Below, piece after piece: positions 13,701 through 25,559 of a stretch of 64,000 nucleotides of DNA. Origin of the DNA: Chiloscyllium plagiosum (lineage: Eukaryota); the NCBI RefSeq assembly GCF_004010195.1, contig NC_057750.1, positions 16,966,726 through 17,030,725 of the forward strand. The letters run 5' to 3'. The translations under genes were made by a program, and so were the position numbers. Numbering within the stretch: the stretch's first letter is position 1; each line of letters starts with the position of its first letter. The notes under the pieces were generated by a model. It did no database searches. It had not been told where the DNA came from and was given only the letters and a program-made list of their open reading frames with translations.

Positions 13701-14587
13701 CTTCATCAAACGCCTTCCTCTTTCGGACCAGAGCTGGGGAAATGTCCTGGAATAACATGATCTTGGATCCTTTATAAATCATGGCTTGGGGATCTTTCCA
13801 AAGATTTCTGGAGACTTCTAAGGGCATCTGCCTCTCCTTGTAGTTCTGCAGCCGGAACAGGACCGGGCGTGGGCGCTGGTTCGAGACGGGCCCGCGTATT
13901 GCAACCCGGTAGGTCCATTCTACCCTTACCTGGCCTGATCCAGCTTCCAGATTTAAAAGCTGTGCAAGCCACTGTTCAAGGAATACTGTAAGCTGGCCTT
14001 CCTCTTCCCGTTCGGGAAGGCCCAGCAAACGAAAATTTTTAACAACCTCGATTTTCGAGGTCGTCAATGTGATTCTCTAAGGTCTGGACTCGCTGTTCGA
14101 GAGACCGGACCCAATCCACGGTCGATTCTGCTGTAGTTTCGGACGTAGTGGCCTTTAGCTCCACCCCTCCAACTCGGCACTCAATTTCCTTGATGTCTTG
14201 GTCGTACTTTTGCAGCGCGGCTGAGAGCGAGTCCCATTGACTTCGGGACTCTTCAATGAAAGTGTCGATCTTTGCATAGAGTTTGGAGATTATTTCCACA
14301 AGGCTCGCCACCGTAGGTAAGTCCCCCGGGCGGCTGCGGACGCCTCTGCTGCAGCTGGAGAGGGTGGGGGGAGGGGGTTTCTGCTTGCTGAGAGCTGCGG
14401 GCTCCCTTCCCTTTAGTCATTTTTACTGGAGATTAAATTGTTTAAATTCAATACTAAGCAACTAATTACATTAAGTAAAAACTATTTTAAATGATTTGGT
14501 GAGTGTGGTGGGACCCACTTTGCCCAAGTCTTGGAAGGAGCACTGTAGACTCAGACTTGCTGGGTCGCCGCCATCTTGGATCCCCCC
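10714..14587 (-). mobile_element. L1-clade LINE with intact 5' end: 5'UTR, ORF1 (~14420-13564), ~500 bp spacer, ORF2 (13061 to the gap); frameshifted
   Basis: ORF1 reads DDLENRG..NFRLLGLPEREE...FQDISPALVRKRKAF...LHHPATLRF. ORF2 reads TWNVKG (endonuclease start), GGDFNC, GKTPGPDGF, QGCPLSPLLF, LYADD and FSAFSGYKINFSKSE. Confidence 0.95.
14567..14578 (-). promoter_or_regulatory. YY1-type motif (CAAGATGGCGGC) in the L1 internal promoter
   Basis: The element begins GGGGGGATCCAAGATGGCGGC, an exact match to the YY1 consensus about 10 nt from the 5' end. Confidence 0.7.
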
Positions 14588-15399
14588 ATACAAGTTATTT
14601 CCAAAGCGTAAAAGCCTTTGGCCTGAGGTATCATCTGTTTAGGGTTAAACAAAAGGGCTCCAATAAACTATTCATCTCTGCAGCGACTCAGCCATTTCGA
14701 AATGGGGCTGTTTTGCAACCAGTGTAAAAAAAATCAAGGACACAGTAACTTTGAGAAAAAGGACCAGCCGTGTGACGGACGTAGACCTGCTTTGTGATCA
14801 TAATGCAGCCAAACAATAAATTTTTCCAACTCATGCCAATGGCAGGTGGTATTGGAGAGATTCCTGGGCAGCCATGTTAATTAGCTAACCCTAAACCTAT
14901 CGCCACTATTCATAGCTCTGGACCACAACATACATAGAAAAAGACGTTGCTACAGACTTCTTGGGATGACTGATTTACTAGATGGCCAACATGGACCTTG
15001 ACCTGTAAACCAGCTGGGATTAATTCTAGACATGCCTCCTTGCCCTATCCATGATGAAAATCACTGTGCATCCAACCTCTTTTCAGTCAGAGAACTTATG
15101 AAGAAGAATCACACTTTATCATGCTTTCAACTTTAATGGATAAAAAAAAACTGTAGGATCCATCTCAGATGAATCTTACTAAACTATCAGAAGATAACTG
15201 CTAATTTCAATGGTTTATCCCTTACTTGAAAGCTTTCCAAAACTAATAATTTGTTAAACATATTGAAAGATGTTACCACCCCTTAAGCAATCACTGTGCT
15301 GTCATAACTCAGCTGACTGAACACTGATACAACTATCTCCAACTGCTGTACCATTTAATGACGAATTATAAAATGAAGCAAACTCATTTTACTTTTATT

Positions 15400-15965
15400 T
15401 GTTCTGTCCCAGGATGTGCATGTTTACTGCCCATCCCTAATTGCTCTGGAGAAGTTGGTGGTGAGCCAACTAATTGTTGGAGTTCATATTGTGCAGCTAA
15501 GCCCACAGTGCTATAAATGCATAAGATAGAGCAGACATAGGCCATTCAGCCCATCAAGTCTGCTCCACCATTCAATGGAATCATGGCTGATCTGATAATC
15601 CTTAGCTCAACTTTCCTGCCTTTTCCCCAAACCTGTATGTCTTTAAATTGTACCGGTTTCTTCCGCTATTAGAATTTGTCTATGTCAATGCTGTTGGGAA
15701 AAGAGTTCTAGGATTTAGTCCCAGTGATGCTGAAGAAACTATGATATATTTCTAAGTCAGGATGGCATGGGGCTTGCAGGGGAACTGGTTGATGGTGGCT
15801 CATATTTGCTGCTCTCGTTTTCCTCAGTGTTAGATGTTGTGGGTTTGAAAGGTGCAGCCTGGGTGAGTTTTTGAGAGCACAATGTAGATGGCATGTACTA
15901 TTGCTGCCACTGTGTGTCGGTGGTAGAGGGAGCAAGTTTTTAAAGGTGCTTGATGAGGACCCAAT
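15400..15965 (-). mobile_element. Old CR1/L2-group LINE 3' fragment with an inserted CR1 tail (~15520-15640)
   Basis: Reverse complement of the 23300-23700 element (tgcccatccctaattg, gatatatttctaagtcaggatgg). Confidence 0.65.
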
Positions 15966-16261
15966 CACATTTGGAGTACATTTACTCAATTGTTATGAGA
16001 GAGATGGGACAAACCTGAGCATATAGAGTTAAGACTCAGATCAATTATTCAATGGTGCAAGAGTTGATGCATTTTTCCTGTTCCAAAAACTTGAGGACAG
16101 ACTTCACTTTAACAGTTTGATCTGATTTCCCAAATTGGACAGTAACTAATGTTTTTATGACAACTTAAACTAATCTGTTGAAGGAAGGTTGGAAAAATAG
16201 AATTTACTTTCATTATAACCACACTCTAGCCAGCACAATATAGTCAGAACATTGTAACATC

Positions 16262-16291
16262 TTTATTTGAATGAGGTACAAAGATTTTATT
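16262..16291 (-). terminator. Candidate polyadenylation signals of the ADAD2-like gene
   Basis: AATAAA on the minus strand at 16286-16291 and 16262-16267, about 180-200 nt after the stop codon. Confidence 0.5.
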
Positions 16292-16468
16292 AATTCCACC
16301 TCTAGTCTGAAACAATTTCAATGTTAGACCAGAAAGCACCCATTAATCTGGATGCCCTTTAGAAAAAAAATTCACAATAATTTTAAACGCGTTAAACAAA
16401 ATGGAAAAATGATCTATCTTATAGCAACAGTAAAAAAAATCCATAATTCTTTTTCAGTGCAATGAGAT

Positions 16469-16579
16469 TTATTTGCTGAAGTTGTCAACAAGTTGCTTCT
16501 GTGGCCATGGCCCTGCTCCAGTGGATATGAAATGATAATTTAGGATACCCTTAGCTTCTTGGTAGGTTTTGGCATTCAT
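16469..16579 (-). CDS. ADAD2: ADAD2-like terminal coding exon: MNAKTYQEAKGILNYHFISTGAGPWPQKQLVDNFSK*
   Basis: Acceptor cctattctag|ATG, phase 0, 36 codons plus TAA. YQEAK...G.W..K....F is the ADAR-family C-terminus. Confidence 0.95.
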   Translation of the reverse strand: MNAKTYQEAKGILNYHFISTGAGPWPQKQLVDNFSK

Positions 16580-19029
16580 CTAGAATAGGTATGTGCAATC
16601 ATTAGAGGTCAATTCTAAAATACAGGAGTGCACTAACAAATGTGTCAGGAAAGCAATACTAAGATCACTAATAAAAGATTCTTCTTTACATTTGCTTAAA
16701 TAAGTTTGCTACAGTTAACAGAACAGATTTACAAGGTTTTTGAGATGTTAACAAGCCCCCCCCCCAAAAAAAGGCCCACCTGGTACTGGTAACCCTTTTT
16801 ATATTTTGTATGCCTGAGTTTTTTCAGCAGTGACATAAAAATGCACATGTAGTTGTTCAAATTTACTTAAGTGCTTTCTGACTGCAAATCTGCCTTGATG
16901 GTTATATAGGTCGGACATGCAAGCAGCATTTACGGTTGCCAAAGCATCCAGTTCCTCTAGAACTACAAATAATGGAAGGTGATTACGCTACAGATTCCCA
17001 TTTACCAGTTTGAATACTGCTGTCTCTGGCTAAAATTATCCTGAAGAAGAGGTTCTTGCAGTACATATAACATCATGTGTACATTATAGTTTTGAAAACA
17101 GAATTTAGCATTGAGAGAGACTGGTATAAAAATTAATAAAATTAAGGATTTAAAAAAAAACAAATGGGAGGGCAATGTGTTCGACATGAGCTTCCACTTT
17201 CAGTTGGAGTTAAGTGATTTGTTTTGTTAGGGTAAAATGGAATAATTCTATTGATTAAATAGAAAACTGTTTCGTTGCTAGAGTTATACAGCATGGAAAC
17301 AGACCCTTCAGTCCAAATAGTCCATGTTAGATTGCCCCAAATCCAATAGCCTTGAAGTTGTTACCACAAAGGGTTGATAGACAGTAAAGCTATTGGAAAT
17401 TCAAATAATGATCAGTACAAACTGAATTTTATCATTTTTCAAGCAAAACAAGTTAAGTAGTAGATAATTAAAGCGTCTTAATGTCAAGTTCTCAAAAATC
17501 ACACACTGAAACATTATCTCAAATAGAATATTGGCTCCAGCCTGGGATGACACCAAATTTACTCAGATAAAAGCAAAGGTTTGGTTTGGAGAGACAGAAA
17601 TAAAATACATTAACAAGCATTAGACCAGTTACAACTTGGAGCATTCAGCTTCACTAAACTGTTGTTGGAATATATAAGTATTATAGTGTAGGGTCTTGAA
17701 GTCATAGTAATGAAATTGGCGAATAGGATTTTTAAAAAAAATATTAAAATAACAAAGCACACAAAATGTAATTGAAACAGTTTTTCAGTCTTTAAACATG
17801 ATAGATACTTGTCTCTTTTGCTAAACTTAAGTTTCTATGCAATATGCCAAATAAAGAGTTCAAAATGCTCGCAAAACACTTTAATCACTTAACATACCTA
17901 ATTGAGAAATCTAGCCGAAGGGGAAAGACTCAATTCAGAACACTAACTTTAATATTGGAAATGATACAAGTTAAACCAGGGAGACTACTGATTGAGATTC
18001 AGGATTTCAAATGACATGCAAAGTGCAAGGATCGTCTTCATCTCAGGGGTAAGACTTGGGAACGATTGGAAAATTCACCAAAGTCACTTGAGTGTTCCCT
18101 TTTACTGTTGGATTAAGTACTACACTGATTGTTACAACAGACAATTACTCCCAGCTTTGATGTATTTGGGGAAGATGAAATAGATAAATCAATTACTGGT
18201 GATTAAAGAGATCTGGCATGTTGATCATTTTGAATATCTTTTTCACCTTTGTTGTTTTTGGGAGCCTAATGGCTTTAAAAAAGTGCTTTTATTATTGGAT
18301 CAATTATAAACTGTTAGAGAATTACCACTAAAAATGTGCACAGATATTTAAATCAGACCCAAACAGGACTTGTGGGCTCCATAAGGCCTGTTTACACACT
18401 GCAGAGAATTTAATCAAAAAATTAATAACAGAAAACAATTTCAGCCAATTCTACTTTGAAAGTGGGATCAATGAAGTTCTTTGACTCTATTGTAGGGTCA
18501 TAACAAAAGATCATATCCACAGATCATCCAAGGATAAACTGAACTTTTAATTATGTGCTTTCTTTTATTTTAAAACAAAGAGGATGTGCAGCCAAATTAA
18601 TGATTGAGAATGTAAATTCTGAGCAATGTAATTCAGTGACTGCCTGGCAGGCCTGTGTGGGTCATCATCAGCCTTGAGGGAGGTCATGGAATGCACACCC
18701 GATGGCTGTAAAGGGAGTTTCAACAGGACTTCAGAAGGGAGAAATGCCAGTTTGCAGTGCAATCTCCTGGAGAGGTCAGACATGGGCATGATGGGAAACC
18801 AAGAGCAGTCTGGACAGCAGACTTTTGTTTTCCCCTTTCAAGAATACAAAAGACCAAAGGATTAAAGGACAGTTGGCAATGGCGCATGCTTTGAGGGTCA
18901 AAAAATCCCAAATCATCCGTGTTGCAGCTGCAATTCTCCATCTCCTTGCTGGAAGCCAGAAAGCAAGTGAAATCTCAATTGAAAGATAAAGGTCGCCCAA
19001 TCAACCTGCAGAACCAACCTTATTGAAAT

Positions 19030-19235
19030 CAATAAAACAAAAGAACTGTGGATGCAAGCAATCAAACAAAAAAAATACTGGAGCCACAGCAATTCTGGCA
19101 GCATCCATATAGAGCAAACTGAGTTCAATGTTTCAACTGCAGCTTCGTCTCTCTACTTGAAATGTTAACAGTTTTCTCTCTACAGATGCTGCCACACTTA
19201 TTGTGTTTCTCTAACTCGGTTTATTTTTATATTGA
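19030..19235. mobile_element. Fold-back of two inverted Penelope-type termini
   Basis: The left arm (ctggcagcatc...tagag...aatgtttcaa) is the approximate reverse complement of the right arm (ttgaaatgtt...ctctacagatgctgcca). Confidence 0.6.
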
Positions 19236-19741
19236 AATAAATTACTTGCATACCAACACCGGTGTTACTGGTATCACCCAAAGTTGTTGCAATGTCCTTC
19301 ATGGAACTAAAGTCTGATTCAAATATCGTTTAACCTTTTATCTTTTTTGGACTCACCTCTCATCGACATGCATGTGTGCTACTTTATAAAGCCTTCTTGT
19401 GTTTAGTGACTAATAAACTTACTCTTCCATTTATTCAGAAAACCTGGTTAAATTGGTTCCTTTTAAAACACAACATTTATTTGGTCTGGGAGAAAGAAAC
19501 CTTGTTGGGACCAGAGTAAAGGAGGGCGCCAGTTCATCTCTCCTCCCCAGGAACATGACAATTTATGAAATCCCATCTGGAACTAGAATAAATTGGGGAA
19601 CCTCGCATAGCAACTGATCATATGTACCTTTTTTATATTTAAACAATGGGAAAGTCATTAAATTATCTAACTTGCCCATTGTTTAAACATAAACACCTCA
19701 AACTTGAACATTTCTTTCTGTACGTGGAAACTTTTATTTAC

Positions 19742-19874
19742 CTTGGCTTCATGACATGTTGACAGGTCCAGCAAATCCTGTCTGTTCATTTCCTTTGCTA
19801 CACGTCGAAAGGAATACAGCTTAGCAGCCTTGCATAAACGGCTGGCTGTATTGACTCCATTTTTAAAAGGGGAG
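19742..19874 (-). CDS. ADAD2: ADAD2-like exon (133 bp): DSPFKNGVNTASRLCKAAKLYSFRRVAKEMNRQDLLDLSTCHEAK
   Basis: Acceptor ttatcattctag|CT and donor AAG|GTAAAT, phase 2-0. Carries SRLCK and HEAK motifs. Absent from the ORF track. Confidence 0.95.
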
Positions 19875-20119
19875 CTAGAATGATAATAAAAAGTGGTAGA
19901 GATACTGTTTAAAAAGCAAACTTAACCAAGTAGTACAAAACAATCATTAATCTTGGTATTGCAGCATACAAGACACTTTAGTTTTAAGTGTAGACTTTTT
20001 TGCAACTTTTACACAAAATGTTGAAATTTTTGGCAATTTCCTCATTCTGCAGAGAGCATATTTCAAACACAAGTCACTTGCCAATGGTTTGCCTCATTTA
20101 GCACTAGTAAGGTGATCAA

Positions 20120-22150
20120 CGTTTAGTAGTTCAGCATTGAAACAGGCCCATCATGACTGTACCAACCATAATCTTGTCTACCCTCAGATGGTCTGCATCC
20201 CTTTGTTGATACTTGTGTGTCTAAGTGCCTCTTAAACTTTGTTATCATTTCTGCTTCTATCAATTCTATCCTGGCAACTGTCCAGGCTCCCAACACCCTC
20301 TGTGGAGAAAAACCGACTTGCCTCACACATCTCCTGTAAACATTTCGCTGTTCACCTTAAAGTTATGCTCCCTAGCACTTAACACATCTATGCCTCAATT
20401 TTATGTACTTCCATCAGATGACCCTCAATCTCTGATGCTGTGGTGAAAACAATCCAAGTTTTTCCAACCTGCCCTTATAGCTAATATATACCAATCCAAT
20501 CCAGGTAACATCCTGGTAAACTTATTTTGTGCCCTCTCCCAAGCCTCCAAATCCTTCCTTTAGTACAGCAACCAAAACTGCACCTAACACTCAATGTGGC
20601 CAACTAAAAACTTTTATACAGCTGCAACATGACTTATTAACTTTTATACTCAAAGCCTCAAATGAAGGCAAGCATGCCTTCACTTCTACCCTATTCCCCC
20701 ACTTGCCTTTCCAATTTTGGAGTTACAGACTCACACCTAAAAAGAGCCCTCTGCTCCTAAAAGATCCTGCCATTTACTGCAAACTATCCTATTACATTCA
20801 ACCTCCCAAAATGCCTCACCTTACACTTGTCAGATTACTTCTGCCATTTGTCTTGACCAACTTTCCAACTAATCTATATCCTTTGATAACCTTCCTCACT
20901 ATCTACAACTCCACCTATTTTCATGCCATCTGAAAACTTACTAATCAGACCACCTATGTTTTCATCCAAATCATTTATATGTAGAACAGACAGAGGCCGC
21001 AGCACTGATCATTGTGGAACACCACTGGTTGCAGACCTCCAGTCAGAAAAATACCCCTCCACAATTACCCTCTGTCTTCTGTGGCCAAGCCAATTTTGTA
21101 GCCAACTTACCAACTCACATGGATCACAAGTGACTTAATCTTCTGGATCAGCCTATATGGGACCTTTAACCAAGTTCATGTAGACAGCATCCACTCCCCT
21201 TTCCTCAAAAGCTCAAGTTTAAGACAAAACCTCCCCTGCACTAAGCTATGCTGACTATTCCTAACAAATCCATTATTTTCCAAATACAAGTAAATTCTGA
21301 TCTTAAGCATTTTCTCCAATAATTTCCCTACCACTGACGTAAGGCTCACTGGCTTATAACTTCATGGCTTTATCCCACTGCCCTTCTGAAATAAAGGAAC
21401 AATATCTGTTATTCTCCAGTCTTCTAGGACCTCACATATGACAAAGATCTGTCAAGGCCCGAGCAATCTCACAGCGCCAGAGACCCGGGTTCAATTCCCG
21501 ACTCAGGCGACTGACTGTGTGAAGTTTGCACATTCTCCCAGTGTCTGCGTGGGGTTCCTCCGGGTGCTCCGGTTTCCTCCCACAGTCACAAAGATGTGCG
21601 GGTTAGGTGAATTGGCCATGCTAAATTGCCCATAGTGTTAGGTTAAAAGGGGTAAATGCAGGGGTATGGGTGGGTTGCGCTTCGGCGGGTCGGTGTGGAC
21701 TTCCACACTGTAAGTAATCTAATCTAATCTAATCAATCTCCTCCCTTGACTCCCTCAGTAGAGGCCTGGGGACTTATCTACCTTAATATTTTGCTCTTCC
21801 TCCCTATTTTCTAAGATACCCAACCCAGCTCAATATCAACATGCCCTAGAATATTAACATACCTTCCCTCATCTTATCATCCATAGCCTTTTTCTTGGTG
21901 AATTCCAATGCACAGTACTGATTAAAGGAGTACCTACTTCCTCTGGCTCCATGCATAAATTCCCTCTTTTGTTCTTGAAAGGACTTACCTACAAACATAT
22001 GCTCCTAACATACAAATAAATAAAATGTCTTGGGATTCTCTTCAATCCTACCTGCCAAGAACATTTCATTGCCTGTCTTAGCCCACCTAATTCCTTACTT
22101 AAGTTCTTAGTTGCTTCCTTTATATTCCTTAAGGGCATTATCTGACGGTT
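20120..22150 (-). mobile_element. CR1 (HER1-like) LINE, decayed and 5'-truncated
   Basis: Reverse-complement similarity to the CR1 ORF2 and 3' end of 28135-32959 (GVPQ region; cagcattgaaacaggccc tail). Confidence 0.8.
21471..21733 (+). mobile_element. 5'-truncated HE1-type V-SINE inserted in a CR1
   Basis: V-domain and (TAATC)n tail. Flanked by the direct repeat CAATCTC at 21464-21470 and 21734-21740. Confidence 0.9.
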
Positions 22151-23059
22151 CCTGTTAGATGGGGTAGTGGATAGAGGGATGTGTTCTTTACCAAAGATTT
22201 CCAAAAGAGGCAATGGCATCAGATGCTGCCAGAGTGACAGAGATAGCCATCTGGGATAGTGCAATGAAAAAACACCCCACTTAGCAATGTAGAAAGAAAT
22301 TCAATGGCGTTCCGTGCTCTGCATTGATAAGCTCCATCTCAAACTCACTCTGCCACTGTGCACACCACACACTAAGGCAACTGGTCTACCACTCTGTGTG
22401 GAATACATCATCTTTGCTCAATGAATCTCACCTCAAACTCCCAAACGACTAAGTCTTTCTGCCCTCTGCACCTTTATGTACTCACTAGGCATGCCTCACT
22501 ATCTTTTTTGCTCCAGCACCATCATTAATAGCTCTCAGCCACTTCCATCTCACTCAATTCATCCCTTTCACCAGGGCGGTAGTGACTCAAGAAAACCCAC
22601 TTCCTGTAGATTCCATGTTTCGTTTTAGAGTTGCGCTCTTCAGTCATTATCTCCTGTGTCAGTAATTAAAAAGAAACCATTCATGAGTCAACGGCATCAT
22701 TGGCTGGGCCATCTAGTTGCCCTCGAGAAAGTGGTGGTAAACCGCCCCCTTGAACCATTGCAGTCTATGTGCAGTAGGTAGACCCACAATGCTGTTAGGG
22801 AGAGCGAAACTGAAGGAATGACAATATATTTCTAAGTCAGAAGGGGGAAATGGCTTACAGATGAACGTGCAGGTGGTGGTGTTCCTGCGCGGTCCTTGTC
22901 AGATTGAAATGTCTTGTAGCCATGATGTGCTACCTGGCTTTCTGTCTGCACTAAGCAGCAAAAGCAAGGCACAGATATTATGAGCATTCATGCAAGTGAA
23001 AATGTGTCAGCACTAGGAAAGCAAGCCGACAGCCCCAAGATGCAGAAGATGGCAGTGTT

Positions 23060-23711
23060 CATCCAAGCACAGTAATCTGGCATAATCTGGACTCCCCATA
23101 TAAACAGTGGCTACAAAAACAGGTCAGAGGCGAGGAATACTGTCGTGAGTAACTCACATCCTGAAACCCCAAAGCCTGTCCACTATCTACAAGGCAGAAG
23201 TCCGTAGTGTGATGGAATACTCCCCACTTAACTGGATGAGTGCAGTTCCAATAATACTCAGGAAGCTTGACATCATTCAGGACAAAGTAAGCCACTTCAT
23301 TGGCACAGCATCCACAAGTATCCACTCCCTCCATCACCAATGCTCAGGAGCAGCAGTGTGGACCATCTACAAGATGCACTGTAGAAATTCAAAAATCCTT
23401 AGACAGCATCTTCTGAACCTACAACCACTTCTACCCCGAAGAACAAGGGCAGCAGACACATGGGAACATCACCATCAGCAAGTTCCCCTCCAACTCAACA
23501 TCCTAACTTGGAAACATATCGCTGTTACTTCACGGTCACTGGATCAAAATCCTGGAATTCCCTCTCTCATGGTATTGTGGGTCAATTCACAGCAGGTGGA
23601 CTGCAACAATTCAAGAAGGCAGCTCACCACCACCCTCTCAAGGGCAACTAGGATGGGCAATAAATGCTGGTCAGCCACCAACACCCACATCCCACAAATG
23701 AATAAAAAAAA
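23060..23711 (+). mobile_element. CR1/L2-group LINE 3' end (ORF2 C-terminus plus tail)
   Basis: Peptide IYKAEVRSVMEYSPLNWMS...LDIIQDK...SLHHQ...IYKMH is typical of the post-RT region of LINEs. Ends with an A-rich tail gaataaaaaaa. Confidence 0.8.
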
Positions 23712-23874
23712 CTATTGCAATATTGAAGCGCTTAAGTGTCTTGTGAGTTAGATAGAGACTGGTGATAATGGTGTGGCAACACTGACATTTCATTGACAGA
23801 GACTTCTGTGGACCAAGGGTGCAGGCAATCATTATCCACTGAGTGTATTAAAAGGTGCTGGAGAACAAAGGTGA

Positions 23875-24400
23875 GAAGCAATCAATCAACAATATTCAGG
23901 CTGTTGCTCAGGTCACAGCTAGAGTATTATGTGCAGTTCTGGAATCAACATTATAGGACCGATGCGATAGCATTGGAGAGGATGTGCAGAAGATTTACCG
24001 GGATGTTACCTGGGCTGGAGCATTTCAGTATGAAGAGAGATTGGACAAACTGAGGCTGTTTTCTTTACAGCAGAGATGATTAAGAGGGGACCATGACCGA
24101 GATGTATAAAATTATGGAGATAGATACTGCAGACAGGAAGTGACCTTTCCCTTGATGGAGAGATCAATAACCAGGGGGCACAGATTTTAAATTAAGAGGC
24201 AGAAGGTAACAGAAATTGAGAGGAAAGCTTTTCCCACCCAGAAAGTGGTGGGAATCTTGAACTCATTGCATATAAAACCCTCATAACATTGAAGTAGTAT
24301 TTAGATGTCACCTGTGATGCCAAGTCATACAAGGCTATGAGCCAAGAGCTGGAAAATTGGAATAGAATAACTAGGTGGCTGTTTTTGACTACTGTAGGGG
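23875..24400 (+). mobile_element. CR1 LINE 3' fragment
   Basis: Peptide LEYYVQFW...ALERMCRRFTGMLPGL (ORF 23793..24053). Confidence 0.8.
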
Positions 24401-24579
24401 TCCAGGACTTCAGTGTCTAGTTTTTCACCAGTACCTGGAAAAGTCATAAAATGCATTGAAATAAGGCAAGATCAGCTAATAACGAAATATTAATCCATGG
24501 AAATAAAGTCTTCACAACTTAGTAAGATGTTCATGTAATCATTGAAACTTTAAAGGGGAAAATGGGACATTTTAAAAAG

Positions 24580-24890
24580 GGGAGGCAATGGCCTAGTGGT
24601 ATTATTGCTAGACTATTAATTCAGAGACCCAGGTAATGTTCTGGGGACCTGGGTTCAAATCCACTATGGCAGACGGTGGAACTTCTACTTCCAGACGTTT
24701 ATTGAATTGGAGTCAAATGATGATCATGAAATTGTTGTGGATTGTCAGAAACCACATTCTCCCCCGCCCCAGTTCACTAATGTCCTTACCTGATCTGGCT
24801 TACATGTGACTCCAGGACCATAGCAATGTGGTTGACACTCCGCTCCTCTCTGGGCAGTTGGGATGGGCAATAATGCTGGCCTAGCTGGCC
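24580..24890 (+). mobile_element. tRNA-headed SINE sharing its 3' tail with the 23060-23711 LINE
   Basis: A box TGGCCTAGTGG and B box GGTTCAAATCC. Tail gggcagttgggatgggcaataatgctgg compares with LINE tail gggcaactaggatgggcaataaatgctgg. Confidence 0.75.
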
Positions 24891-25022
24891 TGAGGGAGGG
24901 TCACTTGACCTGAAATGTTAACTTTGATCTCTCTCCACAGATGCTGCCAGACCTGCTGAACTTTTCCACCAATTTCCATTTTTGCTTCAGATTTACAGCA
25001 TCCATAGTTTTTTCAGTTTTTA
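24890..25022 (+). mobile_element. Penelope-like terminal repeat fragment with degenerate hammerhead core
   Basis: CTGAGGG-agggtca ct tgacct-GAAA-tgtta followed by gatgctgccagacctgctgaacttttcc. Confidence 0.65.
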
Positions 25023-25559
25023 AGATGGTCACTTAATACAGGGTCAGTTTAATTGCTCAACTTTACAAAAGTTTTTAAAAATGGTCTGCAATCCTCAGGG
25101 AAGCAATATTCAATGCGTACATAATTTTCTTGGGGTCCTATTAGGGTTAAGTTGCTATAGGGCAATCGGCTTCAAGTCAGAATTCTTTGAATTTACACTT
25201 GGTACACTGTAGCAGCCAACGCTGTTCCGTCAACTCATTGTTACCTATATTAGGAGAATTGGCAGTAAGCGATTTTAATATAGATGTTAGCCTGGATTAA
25301 CAGTGATAGAGAGGAGGCTTTATTTTTATACAATGAGGACTGATCTTGGATCGAAATGTGATGTCAGTTCCTGGACAGTCAGCAAGTGAGGAAGACCCTA
25401 TCGGTAGTTTTAAGTGCTGCGGGCCTTGATGTTTTTGCTTCTGTTTTCTAACTGATGTTCAAAAATATCACAGCCATATCAAAGCAGTGCAGAGCGCAAT
25501 CTGATAATAGTATCTATTAGTAATTCTGCTAAAAAGATCCTTTGATCAGTTAAAAGGGG

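Noticed and set aside
16468..16473. AATAAA overlapping the stop codon as the polyA signal
   Set aside because: It arises from Lys-stop (AAA TAA A). The downstream hexamers are more plausible, and 3'-end data would be needed to decide.
18843..19036. Possible plus-strand terminal exon (pyrimidine tract + AAG, 48 codons, TAA, AATAAA at 19031) antisense to the ADAD2-like gene
   Set aside because: The AAG acceptor is weak, the peptide is unrecognisable, no upstream partner exon was found, and the AATAAA coincides with a repeat edge.
25330..25460. Possible C/D-box snoRNA (ATGAGGA...CTGA)
   Set aside because: The C box is imperfect, there is no clear terminal stem, and it is antisense to the host transcript.
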